Positions 34,393 to 46,194 of a DNA stretch of 64,000 nucleotides are shown piece by piece (positions within the stretch are counted from its first letter, which is position 1; every line of letters starts with the position of its first letter). The notes beneath the pieces were generated by a model, which made no database searches, was not told the origin of the DNA, and was given only the letters and a program-made list of their open reading frames with translations. The DNA comes from an uncultured Gammaproteobacteria bacterium. Its GTDB lineage: Bacteria; Pseudomonadota; Gammaproteobacteria; UBA9214. The stretch is from the NCBI GenBank assembly GCA_963748215.1, contig CAVVHS010000008.1:160001-224000 (forward strand), given 5' to 3'. The position numbers and the translations under genes are program-made.

Positions 34393-34764
34393 TCAGTAGC
34401 TGGTACCAAACGAACTGTCGGTGGCGTTTGCAGGCGTGCGCAGGTTGGCAAGGCGGCTGCCCTGGGTAACCGGGCCGCCGGCAAACAGGCTATAGAGATA
34501 CCTGTTCCCGCCCTGTGCGGCAAATTGTTTGTTAAGGGCCCGGGCCGTTGTCCTGGCAAATCTCGGCAGGCCGTGTTCGAGATACTGCTTGCGCAGGTAA
34601 GCAATCACGTCCCAGTGTTCGTCGGACAGGCTGATACCTTCGTGCATTGCCAGCTTCGCGGATTTGTTCCGGTTCCAGCCCTGGTCGATGAGTTCCGCCA
34701 GTCGAATGCCGGCGTACTGACTGGATGTTTCGGAGTCCTGAGCGTTGTTTGTAAATTGTGTCAT
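34393..34764 (-). CDS. TusE/DsrC-family protein lacking C-terminal Cys
   Basis: EGISLSDEHWDVIAYLRKQY...YLYSLFAGGPVTQGSRLANL. Confidence 0.88.
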   Translation of the reverse strand: MTQFTNNAQDSETSSQYAGIRLAELIDQGWNRNKSAKLAMHEGISLSDEHWDVIAYLRKQYLEHGLPRFARTTARALNKQFAAQGGNRYLYSLFAGGPVTQGSRLANLRTPANATDSSFGTSY

Positions 34765-35092
34765 GGGCTTTTCCTGGATAAATGAAGACTATTGCACACT
34801 GTGCTGGTCCTTGCCATCAGCAAGTCGTGCATGGCGACGGTGGCAAATCGAAGGCCGCGCGAAGCGGGAATGACGGGCAACAATGACGGTTTGGCCAATG
34901 TTGTGCGGCAGGGAGACTTGCAGGGTTACAGACCTGTTTCTCCATATAGCATCCTCCCTTTATGCCGCCAAAGCAAATCAATTGAACTGATATGGCTGGA
35001 TATCACTAACTATGAATCATGCTGGAAATCACAGGAAGCAGCATTTGTCGCGGGATACCGGTGGAATATCGCGCACAAAGTTTCTTTATCGA

Positions 35093-35453
35093 ATCTTCCC
35101 CTGATTGAGTGGGTAACACATCAATTTAGACGAGACGCATTCCATCTAATGGCAAGGTTGCTGGTCGAATGAATTCGGCCCTGCTGTAGGGTCGAATTCA
35201 TTCGACCAGCGGTGTTTCTGTAGGGTCGAATTCATTCGACCATTCGCGAACCAGCTGGCGTGCTGCGGTGATATCCGTAAATAAAGATGACGACCGCGGG
35301 TAACCGTGGTGATGCAATAGACTTGATGGTACAGGGAATGACGCGCCCTGCGCAATGCGTCACAGGACAGGCTGACCTCCTGGTCTCCAATGGCAATAAC
35401 GGCTGTTGGTCGAATGAATTCGACCCTACAACGGTTATCTACCCACTCGGTTT
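35093..35453 (-). mobile_element. RAYT relic with four REP palindromes, copy 2
   Basis: Collinear with 19914-20207; GTAGGGTCGAATTCATTCGACC at 35186 and 35220, inverted copies at ~35163 and 35408. Confidence 0.75.
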
Positions 35454-35541
35454 GAGGAAGAGCCTCTTTTTCAAGGTTCGGCAGACTGTTTTGTCGCAGC
35501 ACCAGATGATAGCCGGGATTCGGTGGCGATCGGGAATACCT

Positions 35542-38500
35542 TCAACTCAATTCCACCTCGACGTAGTGATCCCGGCGATCGTCCACCAGGGGGATGAGGC
35601 CGTACGGCCGCCCTGCACCGTCCACGGCAACTCCCTCTATTACTGCGCCGTCCAGCGTCACGCGGCTCACCTGCTCCGGTGTTTCTCCAACACGCCTGAC
35701 GGTGATCGTGGTAGACCGTCTCGCGATAGCGGTAGTGGATTTTGTACGACTCCCAGTGGGCCGGTATACAGGGTGCAATGCGCAGATGGTCGACTTCCAG
35801 TTGCAGGCCCAGCAGCGTTTCCACGAGTCAGCCGGTACATCCAGCCCGCCGCCCCGGTGTACCAGGTCCAGCCACCCCGGCCCGTGTGCGGCGGCGCAGC
35901 GTAGATATCCGCGCACATGACATACGGCTCGACCTTGTAGCGTTCGATGGCGTCCGGCTGACTGCCGTGATTGACAGGATTGAGCATGGCGAACAGTTCC
36001 CACGCCCGCTCCCTGTCACCCAGCATGGCAAACGCCATCGTGGTCCAGATCGCGGCATGGGTATACTGGCCACCGTTCTCGCGGACACCGGGCACGTAGC
36101 CCTTGATATAACCGGGCTCAAGGTCGGATGTATCGAAGGGCGGTGTGAGCAGCTGGATCAGCTGCGCATCGCGCCGCACCAGGCGTTCGTCGACCGCCGC
36201 CATCGCCTGGCGGGCCCGCACGGGATCGCCGCCGCCCGAAATGACCGCCCAGCTCTGGCTGATCGAATCGATCTGGCATTCGTCATTGTCGGAGGAACCC
36301 AGGGGCGTACCATCATCGAACCAGGCCCGTCGATACCAGCCGCCGTCCCAGGCATGGGCCTCGATGTTGCTGCGCAGCAGTGCAGCCTGCCCGGTGCAGA
36401 ATTCGGCAAATGCCGCGTCATCACGGTCGCGCGCCAGGCCTGCAAACAGCTGCAGATTCTCGTACAGGAACCACGCCAGCCAGACGCTCTCGCCCTTGCC
36501 GTCACGACCGACGAGATTCATGCCGTCGTTCCAGTCGCCGCAGCCCATCAGCGGTAATTGATGTTCGCCGAAGCGTAAACCATGTTTGATTGCACGCACG
36601 CAATGTTCATAGAGGCTCGCCGCCTCCGCCGAACGCTGCGGCTGGTCATAGTACGCCTCCTCTTCCGGATTCAGCTCGCGGCCCTCCAGGAAATGTACCG
36701 ACTCGTCGAGTACGCCCGTATCGCCGGTCGCCAGCACATAACGACAGGTTGCATACGCCAGCCACAGGTAGTCATCGGAGAAATGGGTGCGCACGCCTTG
36801 CCCATTGGGCGGATGCCACCAGTGTTGCACGTCACCCTGCAGGAACTGGCGCCCGGCGCAACGGAGCAACTGCTCGCGGGCGAGCCAGGGTGTCGCATGG
36901 ATCAGTGCCATGGTGTCCTGCAACTGATCGCGGAAACCGTAGGCGCCGCCGGACTGATAGTAGCCACTGCGTCCCCAGAGCCTGCAGGACAGTGTCTGGT
37001 AGACCAGCCAGCCGTTGGCCAGATACGTCCAGCGCCGGATCCGGCGTTTCCACGTGCACAGCACCCAGGGTGTGGTTCCAGTGTCCCCACACCGTCTTCC
37101 AGTGCCTGGCGTGCGCCGGCCGGTCCGCCGAATTGCTGGATGAAATGCTGCGCTTCGTCGGTGTTGCGGGCCGCGCCGAATATGAACACGATCTCGCGCT
37201 CCTGTCCTTCGGCCAGTTCGATCCGGGTCTGGATCGCGGCGCACGGATCGAGGCCCGCACCCGTCCTGCCTGACAAGCGCTCGCGGCGCATCGCCGCCGG
37301 GCTGGCCAGCGAGCCGTTGCGACCAATGAACTCGGTCCGGTTTCCGGTCACGGTACGTTCCCGTTCGCTGACCTGGGCAAAAACGACCCGATTGGCGCAT
37401 TCGCGGCCGTAGGCATTGCGCGCAAACAGCGCCCCGCTGTGCGGATCCGTTTCGGTAACAATGTGCATCAGATTGGCATGCCGCCACTCACCCAGCACCA
37501 GTTCCCAATACCCGGTCAGCGACAGGCGACGCGGGCGGCCGCGAATGGTTGCGCAGCTTCAGCACCACGAACTTCACCGGTGCGTCCATGGCGACGTAGG
37601 TGAACAGTTCCGAGGAAATACCGGCTTCGTAATGTTCGAACACGCTGTAGCCGAACCCGTGCCGGCACACATAGCCGGACTCGACCGCAGGCGGGCAACG
37701 GCGTCGGCGACCAGAATGCCCCCGTTTCCTCGTCGCGGATGTACAGCGCCTCACCGCTGCTGTCGCCAAGCGGGTCGTTGTGCCAGGTGGTCAGCCGGAA
37801 CTCGTGCGCGTTTTCCACCCAGGTATAGGCGCTCCCGCTCTCGCTGACGACCGTGCCAATGTGCGGGCTGGCGATGACATTGACCCACGGCGCCGGCGTG
37901 CTCTGCCCGGGCTCGAGGGTGACGACGTATTCACGTCCATCAGGTGTGAAACCGCCCAGGCCGTTGCAGAAAATGCGTTCGCGCTCCGCCAACGGGTGGA
38001 TCGTTTCATCTGCCGGTTGCTGCACCGGTTCCAGACGGATTGGCAGGCGCTCTGCCGGCACGCGACGCATCACCTGCTCCGCCAGCGTCTCGGCGCTATC
38101 GGTGAGCACGACACGGGCGACCGTCTGGAACAGGACCCGGTCCTCCTCGGACAGTTCTTCGGCGCGCCGCACGAAGACACCGCCCGGTCTGTCGATAACC
38201 TGCGCTTCGGGACCCGTGTTGATCAGCCCCATGATCAGGTCCTGCAGCACCGCCCGGTAACCCGAAAAATCCTCGTTCACGATCACCAGGTCGGCAGTCA
38301 ACCCCTTCATCCGCCAGTAGGCATGGGCCTGCAGCACCTGTTTCACCAGGTCGATGCGGTTCAGGTCACCGATGCGTACCAGGACGATCGGCAGATCGCC
38401 CGAGACGGCAAAGCGCCACAGCCCGGACTGACCAAGCTGGTTGCGGGCAATGACGCTGGGCGCGGCGCGGCGCAAGGCATTGCCGTAAATGACCGAACTG

Positions 38501-41500
38501 GCCAGGCGGCCATAGACCTGCGCATCGGCTTCGGTTGCGTTGAGATGGCGCAGCACTTCCTGGCTCTGGAACCATGCCATTTCAAAGGCACGTTCAACGA
38601 AGTGCCGGTCACAATACTTCTCAAGTAAAGCCAATGCGGCCTCGCGCGTGTCCGCGACACCGGAGATGATCTGTACGGTCGCCGATTCGTCAGGTGACAA
38701 GGTGATGGTGCGGCGAATCGCCACGATGGGATCGAGCACCGAACCTTCCGTGTTCGACAACACCGACGGGCTGGAACGGCTGTCCAGCACCACCGGGTTG
38801 GCCACAGTTCGACTCCGTCCGATGAATTTGGCGCGATCGGTTTCGTAAGACGGTTCGTCGGCAACCGTGCCGGGTGCTGCCAACAGGTGAAACATCCACG
38901 GCACCTGCTCCCCCGGTGTGCGGCGACGCCGGGTACAGAGGATCGCCTGCCGGTCGGGCAGTATTTCGGTTTGCACGAACAGGTTGCTGAATGAGCGATG
39001 GGCCAGATCGGCATTCAGCGGCGCCAGCACGACCTCCGCGTAACTTGTTACCTCGATATGACGGGTACGCGACGACTGGTTGGTGAGCGTGACGCGGCGA
39101 ATCTCGACGTCGTCTTCGGGTGAAACGCTGATCTCGGTGTGCGTTTCGATCGCCTGATCGCGCCGCCGGTATTCAGCGCGCGCCTGCACGAAGATCGCCT
39201 CGTAGTGGTCGGCCTTGCGCAGTGTCGGCTGATACGCGGTTGACCAGTAACGCCCCGTGTCGCTGTCGCGCAGGTAGATAAATGTGCCCCAGCAATCACA
39301 CGTGGCATCCTCGCGCCAACGGGTGACAGCCAGGTCGCGCCAGCGGCTGTAACCGCCACCCGCATGGGTCGCCATGACGTGATACCGGCCGTTGGACAAC
39401 AGGTGTACTTCAGGTATCGGCGTGTTCGGGTCGGTAAACACGCGCATGATCGCACCTGCCTCGGCAGTGGGAGAGCGCGCGGCGGCACTTACTTCTGCCG
39501 CGTGCGGATGCAAGGTAGCGCCCTGCTTCGGCACCCGCTCCTGCAGCAACAATTCCGTCGCCTGCGCGAGGGGGTCAGACATGAATCGGCGCTGCATCGG
39601 CCGGTTGAGCAATACATGCTCAAAGGCCAACAGGCTCATGCCTTGATGATGCGCCATGAAAGTACGCACGATGGCGTGATGCTTGCCCCGCGGCACACGC
39701 GATGGCGTGTAATCGATCGCCTCGTAGAACCCATAGTCGCCGAGGAAACCATTCGCAGCCAGCGTCTGCAGGTTGCGACACGCTTCCAGCGGCATCACCG
39801 TCAGCGCCAGTGCACTGGCGTAAGGCGCGATGACCAGGTCGTCTCCCAGCCCGCGCTTGAGACCCAGCCCGGGCACGCCGAATGCCCGATATTGATAGAC
39901 CTGGTGCATATCGGTGGCGTTATAGCAGGACTCGGAAATACCCCAGGGCACAGCACGTTGCCGGCCGTATTCGATCTGGCGCGACACTGCGGCCTTGCAG
40001 GTCTGCTCCAGCAAGGTGTTCTCGTAACTCGGCATGATCAGCCGCGGCATGAGGTACTCGAACATCGAACCGCTCCACGAAATCAGGCTCACGTCACCGC
40101 CATGACTGGTCAGCAGGCGACCGAGTGCGAACCAGTGCTTCTGCGGCACCTGTCCCTGCGCGATGAGCAGGAAACTGGCCAGGCGCGCCTCGGATGCCAG
40201 CAGGTCATAGCAGGACGGATCGCGGCGCCGTTCGCCCACGTCGTAACCTATGGTCAGCAGACCGCGCGATGTATCATAGAGAAATTCAAAATCCATCACC
40301 GCCAGTTCGCGGCAGCGATCCACCAGATCGTCGATGATTCTGATCCACTCCACCGCGCCTTTATAACGGGGCACTGCCGCCGCGTCTGCGCCGGCTGACG
40401 ACGGCGATTCAGTGCCAACAGTGCGTGCTCTGGCCAATTCCGCCAGGGTCGGGATGTTGCTGAAGTTTCGTGGCTCCGGCACCAGGAATCCAAGGTCATC
40501 GCGCAGTGCACGGGATTGCCGGTCGAATGCCTGCGCCCAGTAATACAGTTCACCATCGATATCAATATCCGCTGGCAGCCATGCAACCAGTCCCCCGCCG
40601 GTACGGTGAATCTCATCCAGCACGCTATCGGCGGCAGCCAGTGTCCGCGGCTGCCCGTTCAGCGTAAGCTTATGCAGTGTGTCCTGCAGAAACCGTACTT
40701 TTTTTGCAAGATCCGGGACCGGTGACGCGGGCAGGTGTTCGGCAAGCACCTGCAAGGTATCCTGCAGCCCCTGAAACGCGTTTGCTGACAGCACCGGCTG
40801 ATCTTTCAACTCGACCAGTCCCGCTTGCAGGGTGAGCAGGCTGCCCGCCAGGTTGCCGCTGTCCACCGAAGAGACGTATTGCGGGCGCAGCGGTTGCAGC
40901 GTGCGCGTGTCGTACCAGTTGTAAAAATGGCCACGGTAGCGTTCCAGCTTTTCCATCGTCGCCAGTGTGTTCCCGGTACGCCGCAGGAATTCTCCGGCAG
41001 CAAATGTAACCGAAATCGTACGCTGCCAGATTCGCCAGCAGCGCCATGCCAATATTCGTAGGCGAGGTACGCGAGGCGATGACCGGCGCCGGATATTCCT
41101 GGAAGTTATCGGGCGGCAGCCAGTTGTCCTCCGGACCGACGAAGTCCGCGAAGAAGCGCCAGGTGCGCCGGGCCGATGCCCGCAGGAATGCCCGTTGCTC
41201 AACGCTCAGGTCCGGTGCGGGGGACAAAAGCGGCTTGCTGATCCACCAGCCGACGACGGGCGACACCAGCCAGAGCAACAGGATGGGTGCCCAGACGAAC
41301 CACTCTGTCGAGCGGGTATGCCACAGTGCAAAGGCCAGCACCACCGCCAGAACAGGCGCGATCCACATCTCCCTGAAAAAATCGGCCAGCGTACGGCGCG
41401 CGTTGCGACTTGCATAGGAGCGGCAGTATGCCAGAGCAACAATCCGCGTCGCGTGAACAGCATCCGCACACCCGAGCGCAGGATCGCATCCAGGCAAATC

Positions 41501-44260
41501 AGCGCGTCGTAGGGCAACAGGACCAGAGTCAGCAATGCAAGCATGATCGGGCGGCCCGCGGATTTGCCTGTCAGGATCAGGTGCACCAGCCAGTCACGTT
41601 CTTCCGGCTTGCGGATGAGCTCGATCACGGCTCCCAGCAAAGTGGGCAGGAACACCACAGCCGCGACCAGCAGCGTCCAGAACCACGCCGGCCCCGGACC
41701 AAACAGCCAGCCACCTGCCAGCAAGGCAAGCAGCGACGGTGGCACCAGGCTGCGCCGAAGATTGTCGAAAATTTTCCATACCGACAAGGCCGATGAGCGG
41801 GTTCGGTTGCCGCTTGGCCTGCGATCCATTTGATCCTGACGATCCGGGCGGCCCGGGCACGCGCGGCAGCAGCCAGCCGGCAAGCTGCCAGTCGCCGCGT
41901 ATCCAGCGGTGTCGCCGGCTGGCCTCGATGGCGTAACTGGCCGGATGCTCTTCAATGAGGTCGACATCGGTCACCAGTGCCGAACGCGCATAGCCGCTTT
42001 CCAGCAGGTCGTGACTGAGAATGAGATTCTCCGGAAAGCGTCCATCGACGGCCTGACGAAACGCGTCCACATCGTAGATGCCCTTGCCGATAAACGACCC
42101 CTCGCCGAAAATATCCTGGTAGACATCCGAAACCTCGCGCGTGTAGGGATCGATGCCTGATTCGCCCGCGAACAGTTTCGTAAAGCGTGACTGGCCTGCA
42201 CTGGTCAGGCTGATCGAAGCGCGTGGCTGCAGAATCGCATAGCCTTCGACAATGCGTCCCTTGTCTGGCATCGTACACCGGCCGATTGAGCGGATGGGCG
42301 ATGTTACCTATCAGTGTGCGTGCCGCATCGCGGGGCAGTTGCGTGTCGGTATCCAGGGTGATGACGTACTTGATCGAAGCGAGGATGGAGGTATCACCGA
42401 CAATATCCGAGAATGCCGTTTGCTCCCCGCCCCGCAGCAAGGCATTGAACTGCTCCAGTTTGCCGCGCTTGCGCTCATAGCCCATCCACACCCGCTCAAC
42501 CGGATTCCACACTCGGGGTCGGTGAAACAGATAGAAGATGCACGGGCGGTCCTCGCGGTAGGTCTCGTTGAGCGCCTCGACGGCTGCGCGCGCGTGGGCG
42601 AGCAACGCGTCATCGTCTGGCAGCGTGCGCTCGGGTGCATCACGGAAATCCGTCAGCAGGGCAAAGAACAGATTCGGATCGCGATTACCGAGATAGCGGA
42701 TCTCCAGGGCTTCGAGCAAGATCATCGATCTCCTGCGGCCTGCCCAGCAAGGTGGGGACAATCACCATCGTGCGGTGAGCGGCTGGAATGCCTTCGCGAA
42801 AAATCCAGTCGGGGTAAGGCCCGGGGCGGCAAGACGAGCGTGACCAACAGGTTCACCAGTGGCACGGCCAGCGCCGAGACGCCGATGAAGCCGGTGATCG
42901 CAAAAAACCAGTACCGCCAGTCACCCGGGCTCGAACCCGCCGAAAGAGAGCAGCACGACCGCTGTCAAAAGCAGCGTGAGCAGCAGGATGGGGCCGAGAT
43001 AAAGGAACAGGCGGAAATGCCGGCTCGCCCGACTGGCTCGTCTGGTCCACGACAAACGGCAGCCGACCGCACGCTCCAGACTCTGCCGTCCGCGATCGAT
43101 CAGGTAGTAGCCGACATGCGCGCTGCGGTCATTGCTACCCAATCGCTCTGCCGCCGTCTGCGCGAGAACAATGGCTTCGCGTGCCACCACTGACTCACTG
43201 CACGAACTGTGCGCACAACCCCGGGCCACGTCTTCGATGACATGCCGGTACCGGTCGCGGGTGGCGAAATCCTGGCTGGCGTGCATCCCCGTCGGGTCTT
43301 CACGCAATGTCTGTTCGACGACACTGAGCGACTCGACGAAATCCTTCCAGTCCATTGCACCGATGAAACGCAGACTGCCGATACTGTTGGCGATGGAGAT
43401 CTGGTTGGTTGCGGCCGTGCGGCCGGCCACCGCCGACAACTGTGTTGCGGTCACCCCTTGTTCGATGAGTTTTTGCTCGAGCCAGGTCTGAACGAAGGCC
43501 ATGGCGGGCCCCTGGGCCTGGAGCCTGGCGTAAAACTCCTCCACAAACGGCGCGGTCAGCGGCACATCGGCATTGGCAAACTCGGCAAGCAACTGGATTA
43601 GCTGTTTCGGTTCCTTTTCGGCCGTCGCGAGCATGCGGTCTGCCCAGGTGATGGCCGCATCGCGCTCCTCGCGCCGACGGGCGATACGCAAGCCAACGCG
43701 GCGCAGGTTTTCCAGCAGCGCCAACTGCAGCATGATCGGGAATGCCCACAATTCGCCCAGCTTTAACGGTTCAGCACTCTGATAGGCGGCGACGAACTGG
43801 GTGGCATTGTCACTGTCGACACGACCATCCATGTGTGAGATCAACTCCAGCGCCAGATCATAGATACGGGGGAAACCGGCTGACAGGCCATCAGCCAGTC
43901 GCGGCAACTGCCGGCTGTAGCCGCGCGGCAGATGCCGACGTGCCAGACCGATCTGCTGCTCGATGAGATAGAAATTGTCGAGCAACCAGGCCTCTGCCGG
44001 CGCGATCCGTTGTCCCGGCCTGGCTGCGGCTGTCACCAGGTCATACGCCGCCAGCAGAACGCGCGCATTGTCCGCCAGTCGTGGCAGCAACCGGTCCGGC
44101 CCCGGACGCGGATCGATGCTATGCTGGCCAGCCAGCGTTACCGCGTGACGCTTCAGTTGCTCGATGCTGAACAACTCCGAGCGCAGTAACTCAGTATCCT
44201 GCTCGTTCCGCAGCGCATTGCGTGTGCGTGACGAAACACCGAAGCCTTTGATGACTATGC
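35542..44260 (-). CDS. Cyclic beta-1,2-glucan synthase (NdvB/Cgs-like; glycosyltransferase, glucoamylase-like and GH94 domains), broken by multiple frameshifts
   Basis: [86 protein letters not shown] over consecutive ORFs; start approximate. Confidence 0.9.
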
Positions 44261-44344
44261 CATTCTCCTTGCTTGAAACCGGGGTGACCGGCACAACACC
44301 GGTCTTGTGTACTGCGTTTGCCTATAACTCATACTACGCGTCAG

Positions 44345-44740
44345 TAGCGAGCCGAGAATGGATGTTCCCATAGCCGGATAAACCGCTCAACAGCGCGATA
44401 CCTGCCACCGCGGAAACGACTGATGCCAGGAAATACCCGATTTGGCGCTGTCGACCGGATTCCGGCTGAAATCCGGGTTGGTAATGAACAGTGCCATCGT
44501 GAAACCGATACCGAAAAGCACCATCCAGGGTCCGGGAATGTCCAGCGCGACATGGAAGAAAAACACGGTCATCAAGCGGTCGTTGTTGCACTCTCTCAAC
44601 GAACTGACGAACTCAAATGCCACGAGTTAAAGGGTCGAACGATATCTCCTGGAGATTCTCATAAAGATGAGTCCACGGGGAATTTGACAGCCCGAGGGCT
44701 GCGATAGTGAACATCAGGAGTATGGCCCCGCCGGTGGTCT
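44345..44740 (-). pseudogene. nhaA: Deleted Na+/H+ antiporter NhaA remnant
   Basis: Fragments GGAILLMFTIAALGLSNSPW, NDRLMTVFFF, GIGFTMALFI, ASVVSAVAG compressed into ~400 bp; 5' end abuts a MITE. Confidence 0.7.
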
Positions 44741-44744
44741 CTAA

Positions 44745-44854
44745 GGAACCTCTGATTAATTCGCCATGCCGGCGCAAGCCGGCATCCAGGCTATTGAAAA
44801 CACTGCATCCCGGCATGCGCCGGGATGACGATGAGTGAATTAATCAGAGGTTCC
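44745..44854. mobile_element. MITE (110 bp) with perfect 18-bp terminal inverted repeats and CTAA target duplication
   Basis: GGAACCTCTGATTAATTC ... GAATTAATCAGAGGTTCC; CTAA at 44741-44 and 44855-58; internal GC hairpins. Confidence 0.88.
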
Positions 44855-45067
44855 CTAACTTGAAAAACCGGGAAAACAGTTTTGTCAGCCGGTCATAAAC
44901 TCCTTTGGCAGTCGGATGATCTCAATAAACGCCTGGATAGAGATAATACAGGCCACCGTACGCCCGCCATCACAGCGTCAGGCCAACATATGCTGAATGC
45001 CTGGCCGTGCCCGCTAAGCCGATGTGGTGTTACTGATCAGGCTGGAGTGCAGTCTTTCAGATCGGAT

Positions 45068-45196
45068 TTAACGAACCCCGTTATCACCCAGCAAACTCTT
45101 TGACTCCTTCCTGGACTTCTTGGCGGCCTTCTTTTCTTTTGGCGTCAGGACAGCTTTCTTCTTCTCTTCCTTGTTACTTTTTCGTTCTTTCGACAT
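45068..45196 (-). CDS. Small Lys-rich protein (42 aa; not in ORF track)
   Basis: GGAG RBS; MSKERKSNKEEKKKAVLTPKEKKAAKKSRKESKSLLGDNGVR*. Confidence 0.7.
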   Translation of the reverse strand: MSKERKSNKEEKKKAVLTPKEKKAAKKSRKESKSLLGDNGVR

Positions 45197-45293
45197 GGTG
45201 TTTCTCCAGTTGATTGTTTGATTATCTTCAGCCTGCTGCTGACAGGCCCGGCCGTCCAGGCCGCATCGACATATTCAGAACTGCCTGATCCCT

Positions 45294-46082
45294 TCATGGC
45301 AGAACACAGTTCTCTTTTCGCTTATTGTAGGACCGATTACATTCCCAGTCGGTTCCGGCAACATTGAGATACGCGTTCTCCGGCACTCTCACAGCGACGC
45401 AAGCCTCGTTGGACGCTAGAAAACCGCGCTCGCACTCCCAGCCAGTCCCGTAGGAGGAATCCGTCAAATAGCCGTTCGGCGGCACCTTAACGGCGACACA
45501 GGATTCATTCATCGCGCGATATCCGCGCTCGCACTCCCAGCCCGAACCGGTGGTGGAGTCCAGGTAATATCCGTTCGCCGGTATCTGGATGGCAACACAG
45601 GAGTCATCGACCTCACGATAACCCCGCTCACAATTCCAGCCGCGTCCGAAGGAGATATTTGTCGGGTATGCATTGACAGGCAACTTGATCGCTGCGCAGG
45701 AATCCTTAAGCGCCCGGTAACCCCGTCCGCACCGCCAGCCATCCCCGTAGGGTGAATTCGTGGAGTATGCATTGGCTGGCACCCTGACGGCTGCGCAGCC
45801 CCCGTTGAGTTCCCGATACCCTCGCTCACACTCCCAACCGCTCCCGTAGGAGGCATTTGTCAGGTATGCATTTGCAGGTACCTTGACAGCTGCACAAGCC
45901 CCGTTGACCGCTCGAAAGCCCTGGTTACAGTCCCATCCTTTGCCATAATCCTTTGCGCGAGCATTCTCGGGCACCCCGGAGGAACCGTCCTGGGCGAACA
46001 CATGGCCGTGCACAATCGCCAGCAGCGCGAGAAGAATCAGCGCGCGCATGGAAAAAACAGGTGTTTGTCGCAATCTACTCAT
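45294..46082 (-). CDS. Secreted Cys-rich tandem-repeat protein (7 repeats of ~33 aa)
   Basis: Signal peptide; repeated P-x-N-A-Y...G-W-x-C-x-R-G-Y...C. Confidence 0.85.
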   Translation of the reverse strand: MSRLRQTPVFSMRALILLALLAIVHGHVFAQDGSSGVPENARAKDYGKGWDCNQGFRAVNGACAAVKVPANAYLTNASYGSGWECERGYRELNGGCAAVRVPANAYSTNSPYGDGWRCGRGYRALKDSCAAIKLPVNAYPTNISFGRGWNCERGYREVDDSCVAIQIPANGYYLDSTTGSGWECERGYRAMNESCVAVKVPPNGYLTDSSYGTGWECERGFLASNEACVAVRVPENAYLNVAGTDWECNRSYNKRKENCVLP

Positions 46083-46095
46083 GAGAAAATCCTTA

Positions 46096-46194
46096 TTATG
46101 ATGACACTTGAAGAAAGATTACCAGGGCGATGGAAATCGTGGCTGACAGTAACATCAGCAACCACCAGGTAAACCGGAAAGTTCTTTGCGTCAT
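46096..46194 (-). CDS. Putative single-TM small protein (32 aa)
   Basis: MTQRTFRFTWWLLMLLSATISIALVIFLQVSS*, ending 13 nt before the repeat-protein start. Confidence 0.4.
   Translation of the reverse strand: MTQRTFRFTWWLLMLLSATISIALVIFLQVSS

Noticed and set aside
35162-35429. Short spaced palindromic repeats resembling a CRISPR array
   Set aside because: Mixed orientations, irregular spacing, GTAG-REP structure beside a RAYT relic, and no cas genes
45294-46000. ~99-bp periodic DNA repeats as a CRISPR or non-coding array
   Set aside because: They are in-frame, synonymously diverged repeats of a secreted protein
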